Below are positions 26,353-35,600 of a DNA stretch of 64,000 nucleotides, one piece after another; the stretch's first letter is position 1; every line of letters starts with the position of its first letter. The stretch is from a virus (lineage: Duplodnaviria > Heunggongvirae > Uroviricota > Caudoviricetes): the IMG/VR virus record IMGVR_UViG_3300022555_003200; one strand, given 5' to 3'. The translations under genes were made by a program, and so were the position numbers. The notes under the pieces are model-generated. The model was not told the DNA's origin and searched no databases. It saw only the letters and a program-made list of their open reading frames with translations.

Positions 26353-27065
26353 TGAGTTACGGTTATGTTTACAAGACCACCAACTTACTTAACGACAGAG
26401 TGTATATAGGACAGAAGAAAGGTCAATTTGACTCTAACTACTTCGGTAGTGGGTTAATTATTAGGAGTGCTTTGAGTAAGGAAGGGTCTAGTAACTTTAG
26501 CTTAGAAGTGTTGGCTTATGGGATGACACGTGACCAGCTCAACGAGCTTGAGATGAAGTTTATAGCTGACTACAGGGAGATGTTAGGTCGGGACACACTA
26601 TATAACATAACTGATGGCGGTGTTGGCGTACGCCGACCGTGTCCTGATTTGGTTAGGCAGAAAATACGAGCTAAGGTACATGCGCCAGACTGCACCTGTA
26701 TGAGTTGCAAGAACACAAGAAAAGAAAAGCATGGAGCTGACTGTTGTTGTGTTGGGTGTAGGAGTAGCCGCGGAGACAGTTTGAATCACAGAGAAGATTG
26801 TAAATGTATTGCGTGTGCACCTATTTACACTAAGAGAGAAGTAAGGACCTGCGTTTGTGGTTGCGGGGGAACGTTTGAGTGCAAGGTATCCTCTAGCAAG
26901 AGGTACATTTTTAACCACCACAAGAGGGGCAGCACTTCTTGGAACAAGGGTAGAACAGGTCTTCAGACATGCTGGAATAAGGGGCTGACCAAATATACGG
27001 ATGGCAGAGTTCTCAAAATGTCTAATAGTCTGACCGGGAAGAAGTATAAAAAGAGGGACTTATAA
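26352..27065 (+). CDS. free-standing GIY-YIG homing endonuclease with Cys-rich repeats
   Basis: YGYVYKTTN...YIGQ; three HxxDCxCxxC repeats; WNKGLTK. Confidence 0.85.
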   Translation: MSYGYVYKTTNLLNDRVYIGQKKGQFDSNYFGSGLIIRSALSKEGSSNFSLEVLAYGMTRDQLNELEMKFIADYREMLGRDTLYNITDGGVGVRRPCPDLVRQKIRAKVHAPDCTCMSCKNTRKEKHGADCCCVGCRSSRGDSLNHREDCKCIACAPIYTKREVRTCVCGCGGTFECKVSSSKRYIFNHHKRGSTSWNKGRTGLQTCWNKGLTKYTDGRVLKMSNSLTGKKYKKRDL

Positions 27066-27066
27066 A

Positions 27067-28242
27067 ATGAGCCTAGAGCAGGACATTACAGAGGTAAGGA
27101 AGAAAGTCACAGAAGCAACGCCAGGTAAGAACTACGACATCAGTGTGGTCCCGCAGGACAAGCAGCAGTGGATCTCAGCAGGTGATGATGTCATCAACCA
27201 GATCCTTCCTGGCCTTCCTCCGGAGCAGCAGGAATACTTGATCAAGATCAACAGCGATAGCTACACAGAGCTTGTTGACAGAGTCGAGGCCCTTACGGGC
27301 ATTACAGTCACTCCCCGTAATGTTCCAAGACTTATTGGTCTTGTAATGCAGTCGATCGCCGAAGTTAAGAGTATCGAGAGTAAGAACAAGAATCGCTTAG
27401 AAGAGATGGCTATAGAGCTTGTGTTCAGCGTTCCTGAGTTCAAGGTGGTTGAGCAGGCATACCTAAATGACGAGATCTCGATTGACGCGAAGCTTGGTCC
27501 CGCGGAGCTAAGTAAGCTTACACAGCAGGAGCAGCCCGAAGACCAGGAAGAGATGCAGGATGGTCTTACAACAGACGAAGAGGCTAACCTTGAAGTAGCT
27601 CAGTACCTGGAGAAGGCTACAGATGAGGACATTAAGCGCAGGTTCGCTAACCTGATGACTTCAGGCGGCGCAGTAGGGAAGCTTTATCTATACAACTTGG
27701 CAGCCGATAAGCTTGCCAGGTTCAACCCGAAACTGCCGGCTCTGTATGGTATCCTATCCTCGATTGTCCACCTAGGCTACTGGATAGCTCCTACAGGTAT
27801 AGAGAAGATGGCCGCTCAGAGAGAAGACACAAGCATGGGCTCTGAGGAAGTGGTTTCTGATGGAGACAAGTACGTCATCAAGGCTCGTGCGGTCACATTC
27901 CCGTATCTAGTTCACGAGCTTGTTAAGGGCATTTACGAGTACCTCGCCTTAGATCCTAACCAGCAGAATGCTATGAAGAAAGATAACGTCGAAGCTGAGA
28001 CGCGTGACTTCATGGCAGGCCCCGGAATCCACAAGACCGTTTTATCCTACATACCGGATGACAAGCAGGAGTTGATCCCTATGGTTCAAAGTAAGCTAAC
28101 AGCCATGGCTCCTGCGGATATCAAGGATGTGCTCGCTAAGAACTTTAACGGCAAGAAGATCATGGCGGACCTCATGAAGCAGGCTGAAGAAGAGTGGTCT
28201 GGTTATAAACAGAAGAAAGATAACTACAAGGAGTCCTTCTAG
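27067..28242 (+). CDS. leader-bearing helical hypothetical protein (391 aa)
   Basis: MSLEQDITEVRKKVTE; IKARAVTFPYLVHELVKG. Confidence 0.75.
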   Translation: MSLEQDITEVRKKVTEATPGKNYDISVVPQDKQQWISAGDDVINQILPGLPPEQQEYLIKINSDSYTELVDRVEALTGITVTPRNVPRLIGLVMQSIAEVKSIESKNKNRLEEMAIELVFSVPEFKVVEQAYLNDEISIDAKLGPAELSKLTQQEQPEDQEEMQDGLTTDEEANLEVAQYLEKATDEDIKRRFANLMTSGGAVGKLYLYNLAADKLARFNPKLPALYGILSSIVHLGYWIAPTGIEKMAAQREDTSMGSEEVVSDGDKYVIKARAVTFPYLVHELVKGIYEYLALDPNQQNAMKKDNVEAETRDFMAGPGIHKTVLSYIPDDKQELIPMVQSKLTAMAPADIKDVLAKNFNGKKIMADLMKQAEEEWSGYKQKKDNYKESF

Positions 28243-28622
28243 TGAACCAAAAGAACAGCGCCAGCTACTCAAGGAAGATCTTAGAACTCTGCAGAAGGAA
28301 GTCTACTGAAGATGAAAGTAAGTTGATTGAAGAGGCTTCAGAGGCGTACATCAGGGGTGACTACGATATGATCGATGAGGTCATCCAGAAACTTAGCGGG
28401 GACTTTAAGCTCCTTGAGATGCTTATTACAAAGCTAAAGGGCAAGTCTGTTTATACTGGCCTCAAGAACCTCATGGAAGGCAAGGACCAGTCAAACGAGC
28501 AGGCAATCATCTCTACAGCGTCACTCATAAGCCACTGCGCGATCGAGGTGAAAGAGAATAAAGAGTACCGGAAACTTCTCCCGGATCTCTACAGGAAGCT
28601 CGGAGTTCTTATCAATGGCTAG
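28242..28622 (+). CDS. hypothetical protein
   Basis: 126 aa, coupled start. Confidence 0.6.
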   Translation: MNQKNSASYSRKILELCRRKSTEDESKLIEEASEAYIRGDYDMIDEVIQKLSGDFKLLEMLITKLKGKSVYTGLKNLMEGKDQSNEQAIISTASLISHCAIEVKENKEYRKLLPDLYRKLGVLING

Positions 28623-28797
28623 TGGAACTGACATTTCTAACTGCATACGTTGCGGAAGTGACAAGCTTGAGAAGGTTGTGTGGCAGTCACCGTACGTTGT
28701 TGGATCCAGGGATACCAATAAAGTTTTGAGGAAGTGGGGACTCAACTGCATCAGGGACTACACCTGTAACAATTGCGGGGTTACGTGGAGGGACTAG
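28615..28797 (+). CDS. small Zn-ribbon protein
   Basis: CIRC...CNNC. Confidence 0.5.
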   Translation: MASGTDISNCIRCGSDKLEKVVWQSPYVVGSRDTNKVLRKWGLNCIRDYTCNNCGVTWRD

Positions 28798-28799
28798 CG

Positions 28800-29633
28800 A
28801 TGGGAATAATTTCATTTTTAAAGGGGCTTCTTCCGAAGAAGGTTGTCATCCGGAAGTACGGGTACATTCGCGATCGTAAGGACTCACGTGACAAGATGTA
28901 TAAAGATTTTATGGCGGATGAGGTTGGAATAACTGCAAATCTACCACAAACTGTTGATCTCACAAGTAAGCTTCCTCCTTGCTACGACCAGGGACAGCTT
29001 GGCTCTTGCACGGCCAACGGTATTGCTGCTGCTATCGAGTTTATTCAGCCAGGGTTTATGCCAAGCCGATTGTTCATTTACTATAACGAACGGGCTATGG
29101 AAGGCACTGTCTCACAGGACTCAGGTGCTCAGATCCGTGATGGCATTAAGGCTGTCGTAAGTGACGGAGTTTGTCCTGAGAGCATGTGGAAGTACAACCC
29201 GTCTATCTTCTGGGTCAAGCCATGGCCTTGCTGCTACGCGAAGGCGAAGAAAGATAAGGTCAATGCCTACCTACGCGTTACTGGTACTCAGGAACTTCAG
29301 AGCTGCTTGGCTGCTGGGTTCCCCGTAGTTATTGGTATTCAGGTGTATGAAAGCTTGGAGTCGCCGGCAGTTGCCAGGACAGGTATTGTTCCTATGCCGG
29401 GGGCCAACGAGCAGTGTGTCGGCGGGCATTGCGTCCTTGTTGTCGGGTATGACATTGGGAAACAAATGTTTCTTGTAAGAAACAGTTGGGGAACTGACTG
29501 GGGCATCAATGGGAACTTTTGGATACCGTTTGCATATCTGGCGGATCCCAAGCTTTGCTCGGATAACTGGACTATCCGCGGTGCTAACGTGCTTAAGCTA
29601 ATTAAGAAATCAGCCGGTAAGAAGAAGTCATAA
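28800..29633 (+). CDS. papain-family (C1A) cysteine peptidase
   Basis: DQGQLGSCTA (Gln/Cys), GGHCVLVVGY (His), RNSWG (Asn). Confidence 0.92.
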   Translation: MGIISFLKGLLPKKVVIRKYGYIRDRKDSRDKMYKDFMADEVGITANLPQTVDLTSKLPPCYDQGQLGSCTANGIAAAIEFIQPGFMPSRLFIYYNERAMEGTVSQDSGAQIRDGIKAVVSDGVCPESMWKYNPSIFWVKPWPCCYAKAKKDKVNAYLRVTGTQELQSCLAAGFPVVIGIQVYESLESPAVARTGIVPMPGANEQCVGGHCVLVVGYDIGKQMFLVRNSWGTDWGINGNFWIPFAYLADPKLCSDNWTIRGANVLKLIKKSAGKKKS

Positions 29634-29646
29634 GGAGGGTGTCATC

Positions 29647-30807
29647 GTGAGTTTTGAGAATGATATTACAGAGATTTATAAGCTTGCTAAAGCGGGTGAG
29701 CCACTCCTAGAGGGGTTTGCTGAAGCCAGAAGGCGCTACGTTGAAACTCTTGATCCTGCGACACAACAACCGCTGATGCCTCTTGCAATGCTTAAGCGAC
29801 TTGCTGCTAAGGATCCTACATACCCGGCTAAGGGAAAGTACGTTGAGTGGATCGCTAAACAGTACATGAACAGCCACAGTATGCGTGGGCTAGACGCGGT
29901 AAAGGAGTTCGACAAAATCCTTACCACTAAGCCGACGTACCTCGAGAAGAAGGACATCAACCAGTACACCACGGTTGATGATCTCCATAACGCAGTTGAC
30001 GCAGTACGGGCCAGGGTTTCCGCGGAACGTGAGCAGAAGAAGGATAGGATTGTCCGCGGACTTCTTGCGAAAGCCGGAGGGTCTGAGGACAAGGCTTTCA
30101 AGTGGGCTGCCGGGCAGGGTGCAGTTCGTAACGCCGCACACGATGCCGGTGAGCAGATATCTGATGAAGAGGCAGCTAGAAGGGCCGCAGAGCTAGGAAG
30201 AGGCAGCCTTGTGAACGAGTATGGCATTACTCTTGAGTACGTTAAGAAGATCAAGAAAAAGATGCAGGCAGAAGGAGCAGGAGCTGCCTGGAGAGACTTT
30301 TCGATCGACACCGACATCTTTAACGAGATAGCGCGTGAGCCATATTCCATTGAGACTAAAGATTCTGATGGTAAAGTTACTACCGTACCCCTTCCGGCCG
30401 ATCTCGTATTCGAGAACGACAAGGTAGCAATCGTATGTCCTCCTAACGAGGAGAAGAGCAGGCTGTATGGACGCGATCCTGACTATGATCCGAACGATCC
30501 ACATCAGACCGGTTCTCCGTGGTGTACTTCATACGCCACTCGCAGCACCCAGTGGGGTAACTACTACGGGCGCCAGGGAGATACGTTCTATATCATTATG
30601 CCTAAGAGCATTGATATCGTTCCTGAAAAGAGGTTTAAGAAGATCAATGTTCAGGTAAAGGCAAAGCGTCATGGTGAGACTGATGACTCCCCCGTGCGTT
30701 TGACTGCATGGGACTGCAACGATACTCCTATCCCGAGACCTGAGTCCAGGAAGATATTCAAGGCTTGGGGTATACCGCCACAGAAAACTGTGGATGACAA
30801 CGATTAG
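29647..30807 (+). CDS. leader-bearing WCT-motif protein, paralog of 10345
   Basis: KYVEWIAKQY...KDINQY; SPWCTS...YY...FYII. Confidence 0.75.
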   Translation: MSFENDITEIYKLAKAGEPLLEGFAEARRRYVETLDPATQQPLMPLAMLKRLAAKDPTYPAKGKYVEWIAKQYMNSHSMRGLDAVKEFDKILTTKPTYLEKKDINQYTTVDDLHNAVDAVRARVSAEREQKKDRIVRGLLAKAGGSEDKAFKWAAGQGAVRNAAHDAGEQISDEEAARRAAELGRGSLVNEYGITLEYVKKIKKKMQAEGAGAAWRDFSIDTDIFNEIAREPYSIETKDSDGKVTTVPLPADLVFENDKVAIVCPPNEEKSRLYGRDPDYDPNDPHQTGSPWCTSYATRSTQWGNYYGRQGDTFYIIMPKSIDIVPEKRFKKINVQVKAKRHGETDDSPVRLTAWDCNDTPIPRPESRKIFKAWGIPPQKTVDDND

Positions 30808-30808
30808 C

Positions 30809-31084
30809 ATGAGCTTGGAAAAAGACATATCCCAAATTAAGAAGCTTGTTGAAGACGACAGTGTCTTTAAGGCTGCCGGTCCTGACGAAGTGTCCAAAAG
30901 ACCAAAGCACTACGTTGACGCTCTTAAAGAGACTGTAGACACTCTTATTGGTAGGCTGAACTGGCTTAAGCACGACTTGGACAGGGGAGTCATTACGTTA
31001 GATGTTGATGTGCAGTCTGCTGCTAAGAAGGTTCATCTATATTTGAAATCTGCAGAACATGAGCTCGATGAGAGTGGATTATGA
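30809..31084 (+). CDS. leader + FKAA-tagged small protein
   Basis: MSLEKDISQIKKLVEDDSVFKAAG. Confidence 0.8.
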   Translation: MSLEKDISQIKKLVEDDSVFKAAGPDEVSKRPKHYVDALKETVDTLIGRLNWLKHDLDRGVITLDVDVQSAAKKVHLYLKSAEHELDESGL

Positions 31085-32679
31085 GCCTGGAAAAAGACAT
31101 CACATCACTCAAGAAGATCATGGAAGCTGACAACGTCTTCAAGGCTGCTGGGCCGGATGAGCTTAAGAAGCGCGGGTGGCATAGGGATGTAGATTCTATG
31201 CTGAAGGTCAACACTATTCAGAACAGAGACTACAGCATCTCTGGGCCACATTGGATTGGACGTTCAGAGAACCACCATGACTCCTATGCTCGCAAGACAG
31301 AAGGGGCTCAGTGGGCTGTTTATATTATGCAGAGAGACCATGATTTTGATACTACTATGAAGAACTTGGATCGTAGGCTCGCGGCCTGTGTGCGTAAGTA
31401 TTTTAAGACAGAGGCTGAAGCCACTCAGTATATGAGCACAGACGCGTTTGAGAGAGACCTACCTACGCTTGTTGAAGCCGAGCAGGTGTTTAAGGCAGCA
31501 GGACCAGATGAGCTGGCACAGCGCAGGGTTGAGTATCCGGAGACAACTCATTTTCACGGTGGCAGAGTGTATGGCCCGGGGTCTAACCGTGGGTTTATAA
31601 GTAACTGGATTAATGGGGTACGTAATACAGCGCGTCCAAGAAACATGCGCAGTGAGGGAGATGTTCTCTACTCTTATGGAACTCCGATCGCCATTAAGAA
31701 GGAAGGGCTTATTTACTCTGTGGACAGGAGGTTTTCTGTAACGACGTCTAAGCAACAATACTATGTCAGAACACAGGCCGGAGATAGGCTCAGGCTTGTG
31801 CCGCAGGATGAGTTTAAGGCTCTGGCACGCGAGGCTGGAGCGAACTACATGGGGTGGCTCGGAGAGTCTGTAAGCGAGGCTAAGCCAATATTCAGAGCAG
31901 CTGGGCCGGAAGACATCGCCAAGCGTAAGGAAGACAGGATCAAGGCTATTGGGGCTCATGCTGATGCTAATAGTGGTGAGTGGTTTGAGATAGCAAGGGC
32001 CGAGCTCTCGAGGGAGCTTGCGGTAGCTATTGAGCTTGTTGATGACGGTGGTCTTTACGGGCCGGCTACTATGCAGGCAGTGGATGGCGAGGGGAGCAAC
32101 GGGGAGAGGGAGTGGGCCGTCTACAGGGATTCTGATAACGCTGAGCAGGCGGCTATCGCCAGAGTAACTGAGGACATGAATGATGATCCGCCCATGTTTA
32201 CAGAGAGTTTCATTCAGCAATACATTTCTATTCGTCCAACGGATAGGCGGATGATCGCTCAGGAGGAGTCTGATAATTATGTGGATGAAGTGCTGCGGGA
32301 CGCGGACGTTTTAGAAGAAGCTGGGGTGACTGACGAATACGAGGAGCTCCAGGCAAAGATAGACAGTACGCGCTCTGAGGCTAGGAAAATAGCGTTAGAG
32401 AAGACACAGGAAGACATGCTTGAGTCCGCTAAAGAGACAGTTCGCGAGAAGAAGTATGACGAGATCCATGCCGCTCTTGAGGACCCGATTCAGTATTTTG
32501 TTCATGACCATGGTATTTATAGCATTCAAGACCTTATGAAAGCTAGCTTTATATACATTGATACCGATGAAGCTGCCAAAGATGCAGTGGACACGGATGG
32601 AGTAGCGCACTTTCTTGACAACTACGATGGTAGCGAAGTCGATCTTCCGAGTGGCGCAGTAGCGTTTGGTACTAACTAA
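31081..32679 (+). CDS. leader + three FKAA-tagged modules (532 aa)
   Basis: IMEADNVFKAAG, LVEAEQVFKAAG, VSEAKPIFRAAG. Confidence 0.8.
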   Translation: MSLEKDITSLKKIMEADNVFKAAGPDELKKRGWHRDVDSMLKVNTIQNRDYSISGPHWIGRSENHHDSYARKTEGAQWAVYIMQRDHDFDTTMKNLDRRLAACVRKYFKTEAEATQYMSTDAFERDLPTLVEAEQVFKAAGPDELAQRRVEYPETTHFHGGRVYGPGSNRGFISNWINGVRNTARPRNMRSEGDVLYSYGTPIAIKKEGLIYSVDRRFSVTTSKQQYYVRTQAGDRLRLVPQDEFKALAREAGANYMGWLGESVSEAKPIFRAAGPEDIAKRKEDRIKAIGAHADANSGEWFEIARAELSRELAVAIELVDDGGLYGPATMQAVDGEGSNGEREWAVYRDSDNAEQAAIARVTEDMNDDPPMFTESFIQQYISIRPTDRRMIAQEESDNYVDEVLRDADVLEEAGVTDEYEELQAKIDSTRSEARKIALEKTQEDMLESAKETVREKKYDEIHAALEDPIQYFVHDHGIYSIQDLMKASFIYIDTDEAAKDAVDTDGVAHFLDNYDGSEVDLPSGAVAFGTN

Positions 32680-32699
32680 TTTATCAAGGAGAAAATTAA

Positions 32700-35600
32700 A
32701 TGAGTGCTGATAAAACAATTTTTGAAAAAATGTTTAACCACGTTAATCCAAACGTAGGATCTACTGCTGAAAACGTTGCTAAGAAAGAGGAGGCTGCTAA
32801 GACTCTTGGTCAGAGCATTCAGGAGAACGTGAAGATGGACGCTGCTATGAGGCCGGAAGTTGTTAAGGAGTCAGAGGAAGTTGAGATGCTTAACAACATG
32901 CACCGTAAGGACTTCGGGGATGTTGAGGATATTGAGTCGGAATCTGAAGACAGCGCTTCTCCGGACTTTCGCTTGCTACTTAAAGGGGTGCAGAAGGATG
33001 TGTCCACTAAGTACGCGGATACTTGTGGGATCTGCCCTGACGTAGACGGTGACATTATTCCTATTGGAAGCGAGACTGCAAAGTCTTCTGCCAGGCACGA
33101 TGAGGTTGAGCAGCACATGAAGGATCTCGCCAAGGAAGTTGGACAGAACACCGTTCAGCAGCAGGTAACTGCCCACCAAACTGAGGCCGATGAGCTCCCA
33201 AAACAGGAGCCCGAGGTTCATACTGCTATAATGTCGGAAGAGCCCAAGGAAGAGATTGTTTGTGAAGAGCCAGCGGGCGAGATATCGACGGAAGATGAAG
33301 TAGAAGGTGAAGAAGTGTTTAAGGTGAATGTTCCCGCGAAGCTGTCGAAGGTTGCTGAAGAACGTGACCCGTGGCTTCCGCATGTTGCTGGGCAGTGCAT
33401 GGTTTGCAAGAAGCCCGCTACTATCAAGGATGCTAAGGGTGGAGAGTATTGCTCACCGGAGTGCCAGAAGTCCCCGGCGCCTAAGTCTAAGATGAGGACG
33501 TTCTCGTACCCCACTGAGTTAGGCGTTGTTGGGCGCCCGGCAGCTTTAGAATCCAAGAAGCTTAAAGAGACGTCTGGTGAGGCTGACCATTATCAGGTTA
33601 TTGGGATAAGCAAGCCTAAGGACATCAAAGAGACCACCGTTGATATATGCTGGAAGTATGCCGGAAAATCCGGTGTTGTTGGAGGACAGTTTGAGTCAGT
33701 TGAGGACTTCCTACGCAAGAGCAGCGACAGGAGTCTCGAGTGGTACCAGGTTGACGGGCAGGACAAGGTTTCAATGATTGAAGCCAAGATCAAGCCGCTT
33801 AGCGAAGCTGGTAAGAAGGTATTTAAAGCTGCATCGCCTGATGATATTTCTAAGCGTCCTAACTCTGCAAAATACTCCGAGTGTGACATCTGCAAGCAGC
33901 CAATGAACCCACATAACGAAGGCTGCTGGTCCCATATGATCGATTCCAAGGGTGAGTGGGTTGAGCGTATTCCTTATGGCGGCGAAGGTGAAGATACGTC
34001 GATGCCTTGCGGCGACTGCAACGTTAAGTCGTTTGGTTATCACCATGACGGCTGCGACAGCGAGCACTGCCCGCGTTGCGGCGGCCAGATGCTTGGCTGT
34101 GAGTGCGACTGGACGAGCATTGGTAAGCGCAAAGCTAAGTCTCCTAGGGCTGTTGAGTCTAAGAAGCACGAGTTTGGTGATTCAACTGTATCTGACTTCC
34201 GCGGCATCTTTGAAGGAGCCAAGAAGATTAAAGAAGCTTCCACTCTTGAGCCGGGCGACGACGACCTAAGTCCGACTGAGGAAGACTGGAAGAGCGAGGA
34301 GACGTTCCCCATCCTTAGGCCAACTACCCCGGAGCGCAAGCCGACTGACGAAGGCGCTTTCGAGGACTATCTGTGGAAGATGGATGTGAAGGAGCTTCGC
34401 GAGCTTCTATCAAGCGACCGTACCAAGGGTGATGCTGACAGGCTTAGCCGCAGAGAGCTTCAGATCGTCAATACTGTTATCAGGCGCAAGGAGCTTGGCG
34501 AGCGGAAGGTAAGCGAAGCTGGTGAAAATAATCCAGGATATTGGACGAGGACCAAAAAAGGAAAGCGCAAATGGAACTCAACTAAGGCGTACACGCAGAC
34601 TCCAGGAACTAAGCCCTGCAAGAGCTGCGGCAAAGACATGGCCGAGGAAGGCGCGGATGAGTGTAACGACTGCTTTCTAGATCACAACAGTCCAGTAGAA
34701 GAAGCTAAGAAAGTCAATGAAGACGGCATGGCGCCTGGCGGCGGAAGCGGAACTGTAGCCGCTATGGCAAGTGCAATTCCTCCTACTAAGGTTGACAGAA
34801 ACAAGATGCCAGATTCAGTCCCGGCGCAGAACCCGGAGACACATGACAATACAGAGAAGCAGCCTGAGGCTAATGAACAAGGTGACAAAGAGTACTTTGG
34901 CAAGCAGGGAGATGATAACTACTACTATCTCCTGTCAGTGCCAGCCGAGGATGAGGGATCACAGGGCGGTATTTCGAGTGAGGAAAAGCCGGACGTGACT
35001 CCTAATGTTGCCCAGGCCGAGGAAGCTCCTGCTGAAGAGAAGACTCCTGAGTCGATGGTTGCAGGGTTTAAGGAATCTGTTGATCCAGCAAATGACTTTC
35101 ACTTTATCAAGGAACAGCTTTCTGAGCTCTTGAAGAGCTGGGAGAGCATTGCTTCACGTCAGGATTCTATGGGTAATGTTAAGGGTCGTCTCGAAGCACT
35201 CGTTAACGCGATGAACGAAGCTAAGATAAACGAAGAAGACACGCTTGCTGGAACCCAGAACTTTGCGAGCCTTCAGATCATCGATGCAAGCGGAAAGGTA
35301 GTTAAGGATGACAAGAGTGCCGAGAAGAGCACCGACAACATTAAGAACTTCCTCTTGCAGGCGATGGATGAGCTTGAGCTTACTGAGTTAGCTCCGGACA
35401 TCGTTAAGAAATACTTGCTCGCGGATGAAGTAAGCACTGAGGATGACGAGATGACTAAGACCCCGTCAGAAGATGAGACAAATAAGGTTCAGGGCGAACC
35501 GCCGACGAAGACCGAGAAGCCTAAGCCAGGTCAGAACATGGCGAGTGAGTCCATAGATAAGTTGATGGAGAAGTTTAATTTGAGTGAAAAGAAAGAGGAC

